In this document: one piece after another, positions 1-9,309 of the stretch
Numbering within the stretch: the first letter of the stretch is position 1
How the letters are laid out: each line of letters opens with the position of its first letter
Origin: Nannocystis bainbridge
Lineage (GTDB): Bacteria > Myxococcota_A > Polyangia > Nannocystales > Nannocystaceae
NCBI RefSeq assembly: GCF_028368995.1
Contig: NZ_JAQNDL010000003.1
Span: 1,920,001-1,984,000 of the forward strand
Direction of reading: 5' to 3'
Length of the DNA: 64,000 nt
Notes under the pieces: generated by a model
Databases searched by the model: none
What the model was told of the DNA's origin: nothing
The model's input: only the letters and a program-made list of their open reading frames with translations
Position numbers and translations under genes: made by a program

Positions 1-2
1 CC

Positions 3-3000
3 GGCATCCGCGACCCCGAGCAGTTCATCGATCGGTTCCTCAAGATCGAGTACCGCGAGGTCCTCGACGCCGCCTTCGACGTCACGAAGAGGAGCGCCGT
101 CACCGGCTTCAAGAACCTCGATGACCTCCGCACGATCATCTTCACCTACGGCGAGTTCCGCACCGCCGCCGAAGTCGGCCTCAAGCTGCCGCGCCCGCTG
201 GTCGAGACCCTCACGATCACGATGGACGAGGAGCAGGAGGCGAAGTACGCCCGCTACGTCGCGCAGATCGAGCGCATTCTGGAGAACCCGAACCCTGAAG
301 GGGGAGAGAGCTACGCGATCCTCGGCCTCCTCGCGCGCCTGTCGCTGATCGCTTTGCACGCGTCGCTCGAGGACGGCTACAGCTACAAGACCGCGCTCGA
401 GGGCGGCACGGTCCAGAAGCGCGTCTATCAAGACGGCGAGCCCGTCGACGTCTCTGTCCGGCTCAGTCGCCCGACCTACGAGAGCCCGAAGCTGACCGAA
501 TGCGCGAAGCGGGTCGCAGCGAGCCCGCACTGCGGCCACATCATCTTCTGCGAGCCGACGGCGGTCCACCAGTGGATGCGCGAGGTCCTGGTGAAGCACG
601 GAATCCCGCGCGAGCGGATCGCCATCCTCAACGCCGAGGAGACCGCCCCCGCCGACCGGATCCGGATCGCCCGCGAGTTCAACGGTCTTTCCTCGGAGCC
701 CCCCGCACCCGGCACGTGCGCGCGCCCCACCGACAGCGCCATCGCGCCGAAGTACGACGTCGTCATCGCCAACTCGGTCGCCTACGAGGGCATCGACCTG
801 CAGGTCCGGACCTGCACCATCCACCACCTCGATCTGCCCTGGACCCCCGCCGACCTCGAGCAGCGCAACGGCCGGGCCGTGCGCCAGGGCAACACGCTCG
901 GCACCGTCCAGATCTTCTACTACTTCGCCGACGGCTCGACCGATGGCTACCGATTCTCGCTCATCGATGGCAAGGCCGGCTGGCTCGGTGAGCTGATCAA
1001 GTCGCAGGTCCGCGACACCAACAACCCCGCGGCGCAGCAGCAACTCACGCCCGAGGACATCTTGTTGATGATCTCGCGCAACAAGGAGAAGACGCGCGCG
1101 TTGCTCGAGGAAAAGCGGAAGCGCCAGGCCGAGGAGGCACGCGCCAGGATCGCCAAGGAGGCCGCGCGTCTGCTGCGGCAGGCGGCAGGCCGCTTCCGCG
1201 ACGCTCGCACGAGCGCCGACCCGGAGCGCGCCGCCCGTCTGCGCGATGAGGGTGAACAGCGCCTCGCCGACCTCGAGCAAGTCAGCCCGGACGCGTGGCC
1301 GTGGGCGCCGTGGATGTACGCGGTCCGCGACGCGGACATGATCATCCCCGAGAACGGTGGCGCACCGGTCTACGAGGGTCTGCGCGTCGCCCGGCCCCGC
1401 GCCGGTGCGCCGGACCAGCTCGACTATCTCGAGTTCGGCCAGATCGTCAGCACCGACGAGGGCGACAAGATCGGTCTGCGAGCCGCGGGCTCGCCGGGCT
1501 GGCAGCTCATCGCCTACACCGGCACGCTCAATGGAACGCCCATCGCCGCCCGCGAGCTCCCGCGCGATGGCGGCCCGCTGTGGCCCGACGACGACGACGC
1601 GCGCACAGGCGCCGCGATCGAGAAGAAGATCGACGAGGTCTTTCGCTACGGCCGATTCGAGAGCCTGCGCTGGCGCGGCGCCAGCGACACCTGGCTGGAG
1701 AAGTGGTGGCCGCGCTTCGAGACGCCAATCACGGAGGGCCTCGCGCGGTCGCACCAGCGTGAGCAGGTGCCCGTGGTCGACGCCGAGGGTCTGGCGATCG
1801 CTACGGGCGCGGAGCTCCGCGGCGCCTCGATCGTCCCGCCAACCCGCGCCGGCTGGCAGGGCTTCCTCGAACTCGCCCCGTCGAGCGGCGAGAGTTTTAC
1901 CAACCTGAAGGACATCGGCCTGGCCTGGTGGGGCCGCAAGGTCCCGCAGGACCTGCTCTCGAAGGAGCGCAACTTCCTGCGCCGCTTGATCGTGCCACAC
2001 CTGCTGGACGATCCCGCGTACCGCAACGCCCGGGAGAACTCCGACCCCCAGAACGCGCGCATCGAAAACGACAAAGCGCTCGGTCGCGTGATGCTGGCCC
2101 TCTTCAACGAGGACCCCGAGGCTCACGGCGAGCTCTACCGCCGCTTCTCCGACGACGAGGCATTCCGCCGCTCGCTGCACGAACAAGCCTTCGCCGAGAC
2201 CTACTCGACGAGCGAAAAACAACGGCAGGGCGCATCAGGGAGCGAAGCGGCTGGACCCGAGAACGTCGACCAGCGCGTGGCCGACCTCCCGCCTGCGACG
2301 ACCGAAGAGACTCGCCCACGTGCGGGACAGGCTGCCGCCAAACAGCTCGCGCGCAGACTTCGGGCCTTGCTGAGCGGCGTCAAGATCGGGCGCTTCCGGT
2401 ATCATACGCCGCATAGCGAGGCGAGCGGGGACGAAGTCGAGATTGACTTCGTGGGCGAATCGCCGGACGCACCGATTCTCACCCTGCGCGCAGCGCCCCG
2501 GCAGGGCAGCGAGATCGATCTCCGGGGCGAACTCGCCGACGAAGACGGCGAGCTCGTCGCCAGCTTCGGCTGGATCGCCATTGAGCTCCGGGATCTTATC
2601 GCCATGAAAGAGACCTCGTTCGCGCACTGGTTCGGTATGCCCGTCGTCGCCGAGCCGAGGCTGTCGCCCGTGATGCGCGAGGCCCTCGCTGCCCTCCGCG
2701 CCGAGGAGGAAGCAAAGCCCTATGACATGTACTTCTGGCCAGGTGTCCATGATGCGACCCGGGACAGCCTGATCGCCCGTGGACTGGTAGAAGCCCTGGA
2801 GAACAAGAAGGGCGGAGCCCCCCACTTCAGGACGACCGCGGCGGGCCGGGCCAAGCTGACCGAAATCGGAAGCCCAGCGGCAGCACCTGCCAGCGCGCCG
2901 CCCGTGAGCGACTCCGGCCAGCCCTACGAAGAGGCCCGCAGCGCGATCAAGGCGCTGGGCTTGCCGATCAAGAAGTACGCGTACTACGTCACCCAGGCCG

Positions 3001-4439
3001 AGACCGCGGTCGCCAGCGGCAAGAGCTACCTGCCGATCGTCGAGCGGGCGCGCAAGACCGCCGAGAAGCTCAAAGGCGACAGCGGCCACAGCAAGCCGAG
3101 GAGCCGCGTGGTTCCGCAAACCACAGGCTCCCGCCAACGGCTCGTCGACGTCGTGCTCGACACCTTCAACGCCTCGCCGCGCTGGCGCCTCGCGCAGCTC
3201 CGCACGCGCCCCAACGGCCACGTGCTCGTCGTGTACCCCGAGGGCCGCGACCCGGACGCCGCTGTCGCCGCCATCGACATCATCGATGAGAACGTCGACG
3301 ACGTCCGCTGGCTCGATACCCGGACCCCGCAGGCCGAGCAAGACACGATTCTTGAGCGCCTGGATCGTGCTCTGTGGGCCGCTTTCGAGGTCCGTGAGGA
3401 AGAAGCGACCGATGAGGACGAGAATGGTCAACAGAAGACCGCGATCCCCTCGCCGATCCAGGGGCTCATTGACATGATGGAGCGTCGCAGCCTGTCGCTC
3501 GGCGCGCGCCGGGATGCGAGCAAGGACACCGCTCGCACCGACGGGCACCAGCAGATCGCAGAAGCTCTGCGAGACCTCGCCGAGCCTGCGTGGCTCACCG
3601 CCGACGAGCTCGAGCGCTGGCTCGAGACCGAACGGCTCATGGACGCCGCCCTCGTGCTGCGCCGCTCGCCGGACGCCTCGCCGCGAGAGCTCCTCGCCAG
3701 GCTGTGGGCTGAGGTTCTGCGCGAGCTTCCGCTCGACGAGGTCAAGGTGGTGGAGCCCAACGATGAAGTGCTCGTCCCCGAGGGAGTGGTGTTCGGTGAC
3801 ATGAGAAAGGAATTTGTCCTCGAACGTGCCGACGATCGTGGCCGCGCGTCGCTCCGCCGGATCCCCATCGGCATGACCGTGCATCTGCTCGTGAATTCGC
3901 CGATGGAGCACGCCGAGGCAGAACGCCGCAGAGCGTTTCGGCCGACCGTCGAGCGCGCGGATGACGAGCGCATGCTCTCGTTCGAGCACACGGGCGCTCT
4001 CGATCCCAGGTCGCTTGTGCATCGTCGCGTACGCGACGCACGATTCATCACCGAGCTCTATCAAAAGATCGGCGACTTCCACGACGGCCTCCTCCGGGCC
4101 CCCGACACCCTTCGGGACGTCCGCGTGTTGCTCTACTGGGCCGCCATGATGCTTGGTGCGCCGCTCTGCCAGGGCACCGCCAAGGCGCGCGCGACCGTCG
4201 CCTTCGAGCAGGCCAAGGCGTATTACGACACCGCCCGCAGCCGGATGATTGAGGGCAGCACCGCCGACGCCGTCCGACGCATGCACGAGGCTCTGCGACG
4301 CATCAGCGCTGCGGCGGCCGAGATAGCAAAGAGCTGCGGCGAAGGGCAGATCGACATCACCGTGACACCGCCGCACCTGCCGGTACGGCCCGAGGACAAG
4401 GCCGCGATCGAGGGCGGCGAGGGGGAGGTGAGACCATGA
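3..4439 (+). CDS. Large polyvalent SNF2/DarB-like helicase, 5'-partial
   Basis: Frame is open from position 3 (GIRDPEQFIDRF...GFKNLDDLR). Helicase C-terminal motifs YDVVIANSVAYEGIDLQ and HHLDLPWTPADLEQRNGRAVRQGN, followed by a long multi-domain tail. Confidence 0.85.
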   Translation, partial: GIRDPEQFIDRFLKIEYREVLDAAFDVTKRSAVTGFKNLDDLRTIIFTYGEFRTAAEVGLKLPRPLVETLTITMDEEQEAKYARYVAQIERILENPNPEGGESYAILGLLARLSLIALHASLEDGYSYKTALEGGTVQKRVYQDGEPVDVSVRLSRPTYESPKLTECAKRVAASPHCGHIIFCEPTAVHQWMREVLVKHGIPRERIAILNAEETAPADRIRIAREFNGLSSEPPAPGTCARPTDSAIAPKYDVVIANSVAYEGIDLQVRTCTIHHLDLPWTPADLEQRNGRAVRQGNTLGTVQIFYYFADGSTDGYRFSLIDGKAGWLGELIKSQVRDTNNPAAQQQLTPEDILLMISRNKEKTRALLEEKRKRQAEEARARIAKEAARLLRQAAGRFRDARTSADPERAARLRDEGEQRLADLEQVSPDAWPWAPWMYAVRDADMIIPENGGAPVYEGLRVARPRAGAPDQLDYLEFGQIVSTDEGDKIGLRAAGSPGWQLIAYTGTLNGTPIAARELPRDGGPLWPDDDDARTGAAIEKKIDEVFRYGRFESLRWRGASDTWLEKWWPRFETPITEGLARSHQREQVPVVDAEGLAIATGAELRGASIVPPTRAGWQGFLELAPSSGESFTNLKDIGLAWWGRKVPQDLLSKERNFLRRLIVPHLLDDPAYRNARENSDPQNARIENDKALGRVMLALFNEDPEAHGELYRRFSDDEAFRRSLHEQAFAETYSTSEKQRQGASGSEAAGPENVDQRVADLPPATTEETRPRAGQAAAKQLARRLRALLSGVKIGRFRYHTPHSEASGDEVEIDFVGESPDAPILTLRAAPRQGSEIDLRGELADEDGELVASFGWIAIELRDLIAMKETSFAHWFGMPVVAEPRLSPVMREALAALRAEEEAKPYDMYFWPGVHDATRDSLIARGLVEALENKKGGAPHFRTTAAGRAKLTEIGSPAAAPASAPPVSDSGQPYEEARSAIKALGLPIKKYAYYVTQAETAVASGKSYLPIVERARKTAEKLKGDSGHSKPRSRVVPQTTGSRQRLVDVVLDTFNASPRWRLAQLRTRPNGHVLVVYPEGRDPDAAVAAIDIIDENVDDVRWLDTRTPQAEQDTILERLDRALWAAFEVREEEATDEDENGQQKTAIPSPIQGLIDMMERRSLSLGARRDASKDTARTDGHQQIAEALRDLAEPAWLTADELERWLETERLMDAALVLRRSPDASPRELLARLWAEVLRELPLDEVKVVEPNDEVLVPEGVVFGDMRKEFVLERADDRGRASLRRIPIGMTVHLLVNSPMEHAEAERRRAFRPTVERADDERMLSFEHTGALDPRSLVHRRVRDARFITELYQKIGDFHDGLLRAPDTLRDVRVLLYWAAMMLGAPLCQGTAKARATVAFEQAKAYYDTARSRMIEGSTADAVRRMHEALRRISAAAAEIAKSCGEGQIDITVTPPHLPVRPEDKAAIEGGEGEVRP

Positions 4440-4630
4440 CCGAGCAACAGTTCATGCAGCGGACGCAGGAGCGGCTTGAGCAGCTCCGTGACGAGCAAAG
4501 GCGCCTCCATGAGCGGCTGGCGACCGACCTCAGGCAGATGCAGGGCCTGCGGACGGGCCTCGGCATCCTCGCGGGTACCCTCGCGCTGGGCCTCGGCCTG
4601 AGCGTCGGCTACCAGATCGGGAGGCGATGA
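4436..4630 (+). CDS. Small coiled-coil protein with C-terminal TM anchor
   Basis: ATGA overlap with the helicase stop, GGAGG RBS; ends GLGILAGTLALGLGLSVGYQIGRR. Confidence 0.75.
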   Translation: MTEQQFMQRTQERLEQLRDEQRRLHERLATDLRQMQGLRTGLGILAGTLALGLGLSVGYQIGRR

Positions 4631-4631
4631 G

Positions 4632-4838
4632 ATGGCCGAAGCACTCATCAAGTCGCAGTCGGAGGTCGACAACGTGCTGTTCGACGCGACGGAACAGCAG
4701 CGAACGTTTGACCTCAATTACGGCGACGCCATCGATAAGCTCAGGCGCAAGCTCGTTCACGAGGTCACGATCGCAACGACGGTGGGACTCGTGCTCGGGG
4801 GTCTCGTCGGGACGATTGTCGGCCTGAGGAGGCGCTGA
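4632..4838 (+). CDS. Small protein with C-terminal TM anchor
   Basis: GGAGG RBS; ends TTVGLVLGGLVGTIVGLRRR. Confidence 0.75.
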   Translation: MAEALIKSQSEVDNVLFDATEQQRTFDLNYGDAIDKLRRKLVHEVTIATTVGLVLGGLVGTIVGLRRR

Positions 4839-4840
4839 CC

Positions 4841-5734
4841 ATGGCTCGCTCATCCGAGTGGGAGAAGCTGGAGATGGCGCAGGGCGACCCGAAACCCGCG
4901 TGGCCGCTGCCGACGGTGACGCCGAAGTTTGCGACCTGGAGCGTCGGCGGCGGCAGACCCTACGGTTGCGAGACCGACAAGTGCGAGCGATGGCACGCAG
5001 GCGTCGATCTCACCGGCGCACCGGATGGCGCGCTGATCCTTGCGCCCGAGGACGCGGTGGTCGCCGGCATCGATCGCGGCTGGAGCGAGGGCTCCAAGGC
5101 GGCGTTTTTGCGCACCAGCTCGGGCCTGTTCGTCGTGCTCGGGGGCTTCAAGACCGGCTCGCACAAGGAATACGGCATCACGACCGGCCAGCAGGTTCGC
5201 AAGGGCGACAAGCTCGGGCGCGTACTCGGATCCTACGGGATGATTCACCTCGAGACCTACGTCGCCGAGACGCGCACTGCGAACTCCGTGTGGTGGAGGA
5301 CCGAGCCGCCACCGGACGGTCTGCTGAATCCGACCAACTACGTCGAGCGGATGGTCGGGGACAAGGTGTCGCTGCTCCAGACGCGGCAACGACACGAGGC
5401 GCTCAAGACCCTCGGCTACTACAGGGGCGACGTCGGCGCGACGTGGGGCGCGACTTCCACCGAGGCGCTTCGAGCGGCACAGACGGCTCTGGGGAGCGGC
5501 GTCGACGGCAAGTGGGGCCCCGAGACCGAGGACGCGATCCAGCGCGCCCTGGGCAAGCTCCAGGGCTGCTCCGCCGACGAGTGCAGCCCCTCCAGCGGCG
5601 GCGGGGTCACAGGCGGTACGAGCTCGGATCCTCTGAGCGCCGTCGGCCGACTCGGCTGGTGGATCATCGGCGGGGCTACTGTCGCCGGCGTCGCCGTCGG
5701 TCTGGCGATCGCGATGCGAGCGCGCGAGGAGTAG
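4841..5734 (+). CDS. M23-family peptidase with peptidoglycan-binding domain and C-terminal TM (lysin-like)
   Basis: HAGVD zinc motif, GQQVRKGDKLG, MIHLE; PG-binding signature LKTLGYY...VDGKWGPETEDAI; C-terminal hydrophobic helix. Confidence 0.85.
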   Translation: MARSSEWEKLEMAQGDPKPAWPLPTVTPKFATWSVGGGRPYGCETDKCERWHAGVDLTGAPDGALILAPEDAVVAGIDRGWSEGSKAAFLRTSSGLFVVLGGFKTGSHKEYGITTGQQVRKGDKLGRVLGSYGMIHLETYVAETRTANSVWWRTEPPPDGLLNPTNYVERMVGDKVSLLQTRQRHEALKTLGYYRGDVGATWGATSTEALRAAQTALGSGVDGKWGPETEDAIQRALGKLQGCSADECSPSSGGGVTGGTSSDPLSAVGRLGWWIIGGATVAGVAVGLAIAMRAREE

Positions 5735-5765
5735 CGCGTGCCTCGCAGATGGATGGAGGACAGAC

Positions 5766-6119
5766 ATGGATAAACAGCACCGCACGCCTATCTGCTCGAC
5801 CGACCTGTCGGCGTTCTCCTGCCCGCAGCCCGAGCTCCTCGTCGGCGTCTTGAGCAAGCACCCGACGCTCGCTCCCCTCCTGCTGCAGATCGCGGAGCAA
5901 GTCCCGCGGTTCTTCAGGAGAGACGCCGTCAAGCAACTTCGACTGCGCCCCAGCTCCGGGACATACACCGCCGTGGACGACGGCGTGGTGGTGGAGATCG
6001 TCGTAGCCGCAGATGATCCAGACGCCGACGAATCACTGGACCGATTCGACGAGGAGTGGTGGTTCGATGCATCGGGGCGATGCACCGCCGAGACCGTCGT
6101 CGACATCCGCAGGGAATGA
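5766..6119 (+). CDS. Hypothetical protein resembling small HEPN-partner/antitoxin-like proteins
   Basis: GGAGG RBS; HPTLAPLLLQIAEQVPRFF...LDRFDEEWW pattern. Confidence 0.6.
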   Translation: MDKQHRTPICSTDLSAFSCPQPELLVGVLSKHPTLAPLLLQIAEQVPRFFRRDAVKQLRLRPSSGTYTAVDDGVVVEIVVAADDPDADESLDRFDEEWWFDASGRCTAETVVDIRRE

Positions 6120-6129
6120 GGTATTGGCT

Positions 6130-6807
6130 ATGAACCGTGCGATCCTCGTCACCACCCTCGTCACCAGCTCCGCGCTGATCGGCGCTGGCTATCTCCTGCG
6201 CAGCCGGCCGCGGGCACGAGCGCTGCCGTCCAGCATCATCCCGATCGTTACGCCGGTGATCGACGTCCGCGTGGCGGAGGACGTGCTCGGGGTGATGGAG
6301 CAGCTCCGCGGAGACGAGGTCACGCTGCTCCTGCACACCGTCGGCGGATGCGTGACGTCGTGCGTGATGATCGCCAACGCGTTGCGGGAGTTCGAGCGCT
6401 CGACGGCGATCGTCCCCTACATGGCGCTCTCGGGCGGCACGCTGCTCGCCCTCAACGCACGGCAGCTCCAGATGGGCCGCAGCGCGTCGTTGTCGGCTGT
6501 CGATCCGATCGTCAGCGGACAGCGGGCCCGGCACTTGCTCGACGACGAACCGCCGAACGGGATTGCCGCGCTCGCACGTGAGTACGAGGTCGCCATGGCC
6601 CGCTACGTCCGCGACACGCTGACCGCGCGGCTGCCCGGCGCGAGCGAGGCCGCGCTCGAGCGCGCGATGGGCGTGTTCATGGGGGAGCACGCGCCGCACG
6701 AATGGCCGGTCCGCCGGCCCGAGGTCGAGGCGCTCGGTCTTCCGGTCGGCCCCTCGGCGCGCTCGTGGGCCGAGATGGTCGATGCGTATCGAAAGAGGTG
6801 GTGGTGA
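6130..6807 (+). CDS. SDH_sah / ClpP-crotonase-like serine protease with N-terminal TM
   Basis: LLLHTVGG, VPYMALSGGTLLAL, SLSAVDP motifs. Confidence 0.85.
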   Translation: MNRAILVTTLVTSSALIGAGYLLRSRPRARALPSSIIPIVTPVIDVRVAEDVLGVMEQLRGDEVTLLLHTVGGCVTSCVMIANALREFERSTAIVPYMALSGGTLLALNARQLQMGRSASLSAVDPIVSGQRARHLLDDEPPNGIAALAREYEVAMARYVRDTLTARLPGASEAALERAMGVFMGEHAPHEWPVRRPEVEALGLPVGPSARSWAEMVDAYRKRWW

Positions 6808-7354
6808 TGTCGGACGTGATCGAGCAGTCCGTGGCGAAGGTGGCCTGCGAGGCGCCAGGCGAGGAGCGACCCCGCGTCGAGGTCCTGAGCGAGTCGCTCT
6901 GCACCGCGTCCGAGCTGCGCCAGGCGGTCATCGCCGGCGCGATCACCTCGGGAGTTTTCTGCACGATCGTCGGCGGCCTGTCCCTTCGATCATGCACTCC
7001 GGCGTCGACGCCCCCCTGCTCGCCGAGCCGCCGGTTGCGCCCACGAACAAGAACATGCCCGAGCATCTGCCCACCACCGCGGGACCCGAAGGCGGATGCG
7101 CAGTCGAGCGGATCGAGGATGTCGCCGAGCCGCTACCGCTTGCGGCGACCGAAGAGGAAGTCGCCCGCGCCGTCGAGCTCGTCGGCGCGTTCGGAGACGA
7201 GGTCGAGGCGCAACACAGGCAGAGCGCCGCACGTCTCACTCGGGTCGAGCACGAGATGCACGTGATGCGTGTCCTCGTCGCGCGCGCGGACGCGGGCGGC
7301 GATGACACCGACGGCGAGGCGCAGCCCGAGGAAGCGGATGCGGTCCATGGCTGA
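6807..7354 (+). pseudogene. Membrane protein split by an apparent frameshift near the C6 run at 7011-7016
   Basis: 5' half starts at an ATG overlapping the previous stop. 3' half is in another frame, has GC-rich third positions and stops across the next start (ATGGCTGA). One extra C would join the halves. Confidence 0.55.
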
Positions 7355-8177
7355 CAACAAGGACGTCGCCGTCCTGGCGAAGAAGGTCTACGAGCTCACG
7401 ATGCTGACGCCCGACGAGCTCGAGGCCCGCAAGTGGGAGGCGCTGCTGATCGTCAACGCCGTGATCAGCTCGGCGACACCCGACGGCATCGCCAAGGCCC
7501 ACGCCGACAAGGACGCCCGCTGGGGCGCACAGATCCAGCAGGAGGGAATCCTGTCGAGGCTCCACCCGAAGTGGCTGCTGCGCACCGACGACGACAAGCC
7601 CCCGGCGATCAAGCACGCCCTCGAGAGCGCACTGGACAACCCGTTCCGCGACCTCCGCGCGCGCCTCCAGATGCTTCAGTTCATCGCGCCAGCCGATCGC
7701 GAGCGGCTGACCGACCTCGTCCGAGCATTTCAGGCGGACGCATGGGCGGGAGCGCGGGGAGACGCGCGTGACCAGTTCGTCACGACGATGCGCAGAATCT
7801 CGAAGGAGTGGTTCCGGGATCCGTGGCTGACCGTGCTGCCCCACGACGGCAATCCGCCGCCAGTCTCGATCCTGATCGAGAACCAGGGTCCGACCCACGA
7901 CGGAGGTTGGCACGACGATCCCTCCGACGACACCTCCTGGGAGCAGGCCAAGTTCGGCTGGGCCGATGCGATACGCACCTGGGACGTGGACTTCCTGCGC
8001 GATAACCCGCTGAGCCAGCTCTACCTGACCGTGGAGGAGACGGCGAGCGAGGTCGCGTCGGGAGCCAACGAAGCAGCGAAGGGCATCGCCACGATCATGA
8101 AGTGGGCCCCCTACGTCGCCGCGGGGATCGCCGTCCTGGGTGTGACGACGGCGGTCCTGGTCGCCGCACGGCGGTGA
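7347..8177 (+). CDS. Hypothetical protein with C-terminal TM anchor
   Basis: MADNKDV start coupled to the upstream stop; ends WAPYVAAGIAVLGVTTAVLVAARR. Confidence 0.8.
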   Translation: MADNKDVAVLAKKVYELTMLTPDELEARKWEALLIVNAVISSATPDGIAKAHADKDARWGAQIQQEGILSRLHPKWLLRTDDDKPPAIKHALESALDNPFRDLRARLQMLQFIAPADRERLTDLVRAFQADAWAGARGDARDQFVTTMRRISKEWFRDPWLTVLPHDGNPPPVSILIENQGPTHDGGWHDDPSDDTSWEQAKFGWADAIRTWDVDFLRDNPLSQLYLTVEETASEVASGANEAAKGIATIMKWAPYVAAGIAVLGVTTAVLVAARR

Positions 8178-8293
8178 GCTGGGGGCAACGACGAGCACGA
8201 ACCGAGGGATGCGCCTTGATGGCGCGAAGGGAGGAGTGGAGATGGTCATCGCATTCTACAGCCACATGCTCGGCATGAACCAGGAGCCTCTCC

Positions 8294-8884
8294 ATGTCGC
8301 TGCCTAAACTCGCCGCGCGTGTCATCCTCGGCTACGTCGGACTGGTCGAAGGGACAGCCGCGTTGATCCGCTTCCGCGAGCGTTCCACGGCCTTTCAGAT
8401 GGCCGCCGAGCGCGCCACAGCCCTCGGGCGCCGGCTCGTCGTCGTGGGCGATCCTGACGCGGGCATGCACACCCGGCTCATGCGGGCCTATGGCTGCGGT
8501 GATGTATGCATCGACATGAACGGCTGTCCGGGCTGCCCGATCACGATCGTCGCCGATATCACCAAGGGTCCGATCGCCGACATCGCCGACGACTCTGCGG
8601 TCGTGTTCGTCTCGTGCGTCCTCGAATATGTGACGGATCTAAACGCGGCTCTCCGCGAGATCGCGCGGCTCGCCGGCAGCCCCGATAACGTGTTCGTCGT
8701 GACCGTGCAACCGTGGACCCTGACAGCGCGCCTGTACCCCGGCGCGCGCTGGCGGGGCACCGTCGGTAACGCCTCCGGAGCGCAGGCGGTCGACATGAAG
8801 CCGGTCGGCCTCGAGGAGAAACTCGCAGTCACCGGGGCGCTGGGCCTGGCGCTCGCGGCTGCGTTCTGGCCGAGGAGGCGGTGA
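8294..8884 (+). CDS. SAM-methyltransferase-like protein with C-terminal TM anchor
   Basis: DDSAVVFVSCVLEYVTDLNAALREIAR resembles class I MTase motifs; CGDVCIDMNGCPGC cluster; ends LGLALAAAFWPRRR. Confidence 0.65.
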   Translation: MSLPKLAARVILGYVGLVEGTAALIRFRERSTAFQMAAERATALGRRLVVVGDPDAGMHTRLMRAYGCGDVCIDMNGCPGCPITIVADITKGPIADIADDSAVVFVSCVLEYVTDLNAALREIARLAGSPDNVFVVTVQPWTLTARLYPGARWRGTVGNASGAQAVDMKPVGLEEKLAVTGALGLALAAAFWPRRR

Positions 8885-9093
8885 GCGCCGTGGCAGACAC
8901 GAACGCCGAGCAGGCCCTCGAGCTCGCGCGGGCCGAGGCACGGACTCTGGCGGACCAGCTCCGCCAAGCCCGCGCGGACCTGCATCGCCTCGGCATCGCC
9001 GATCAGAACCGGGCCCTCGTCTGTGCGGCCGTGTCCGGCGCACTCGGCATCCTTTGCGGCGTCGGTATCGGGCTGAGCATCCGGAAGAAGTGA
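8881..9093 (+). CDS. Small coiled-coil protein with C-terminal TM anchor
   Basis: GTGA overlap, GGAGG RBS; ends GALGILCGVGIGLSIRKK. Confidence 0.75.
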   Translation: MSAVADTNAEQALELARAEARTLADQLRQARADLHRLGIADQNRALVCAAVSGALGILCGVGIGLSIRKK

Positions 9094-9309
9094 GCACCTG
9101 AGAGAGGGAGGAGGTGGGTGGTGAAGACAGGACATGGTCCCGCGAGTGGTCCACGGACGACTAGCCCCAACGCTCGGGCAGCGTCCGTGGAGAAATCCCA
9201 TCCTTACATCACAGTGGGTCTCAGGAATAAATCTGTCTCTTCGGACATAGAAGAGGCGATCCGCCATGAACAGGGTTCTCAAGGCGTGAGTTCCCCCGGG
9301 GCGACCGAA

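Noticed and set aside
8242-8307. 21-codon ORF with a GGAG-type RBS overlapping the MTase-like start
   Set aside because: Too short to support without conservation or ribosome-profiling data.
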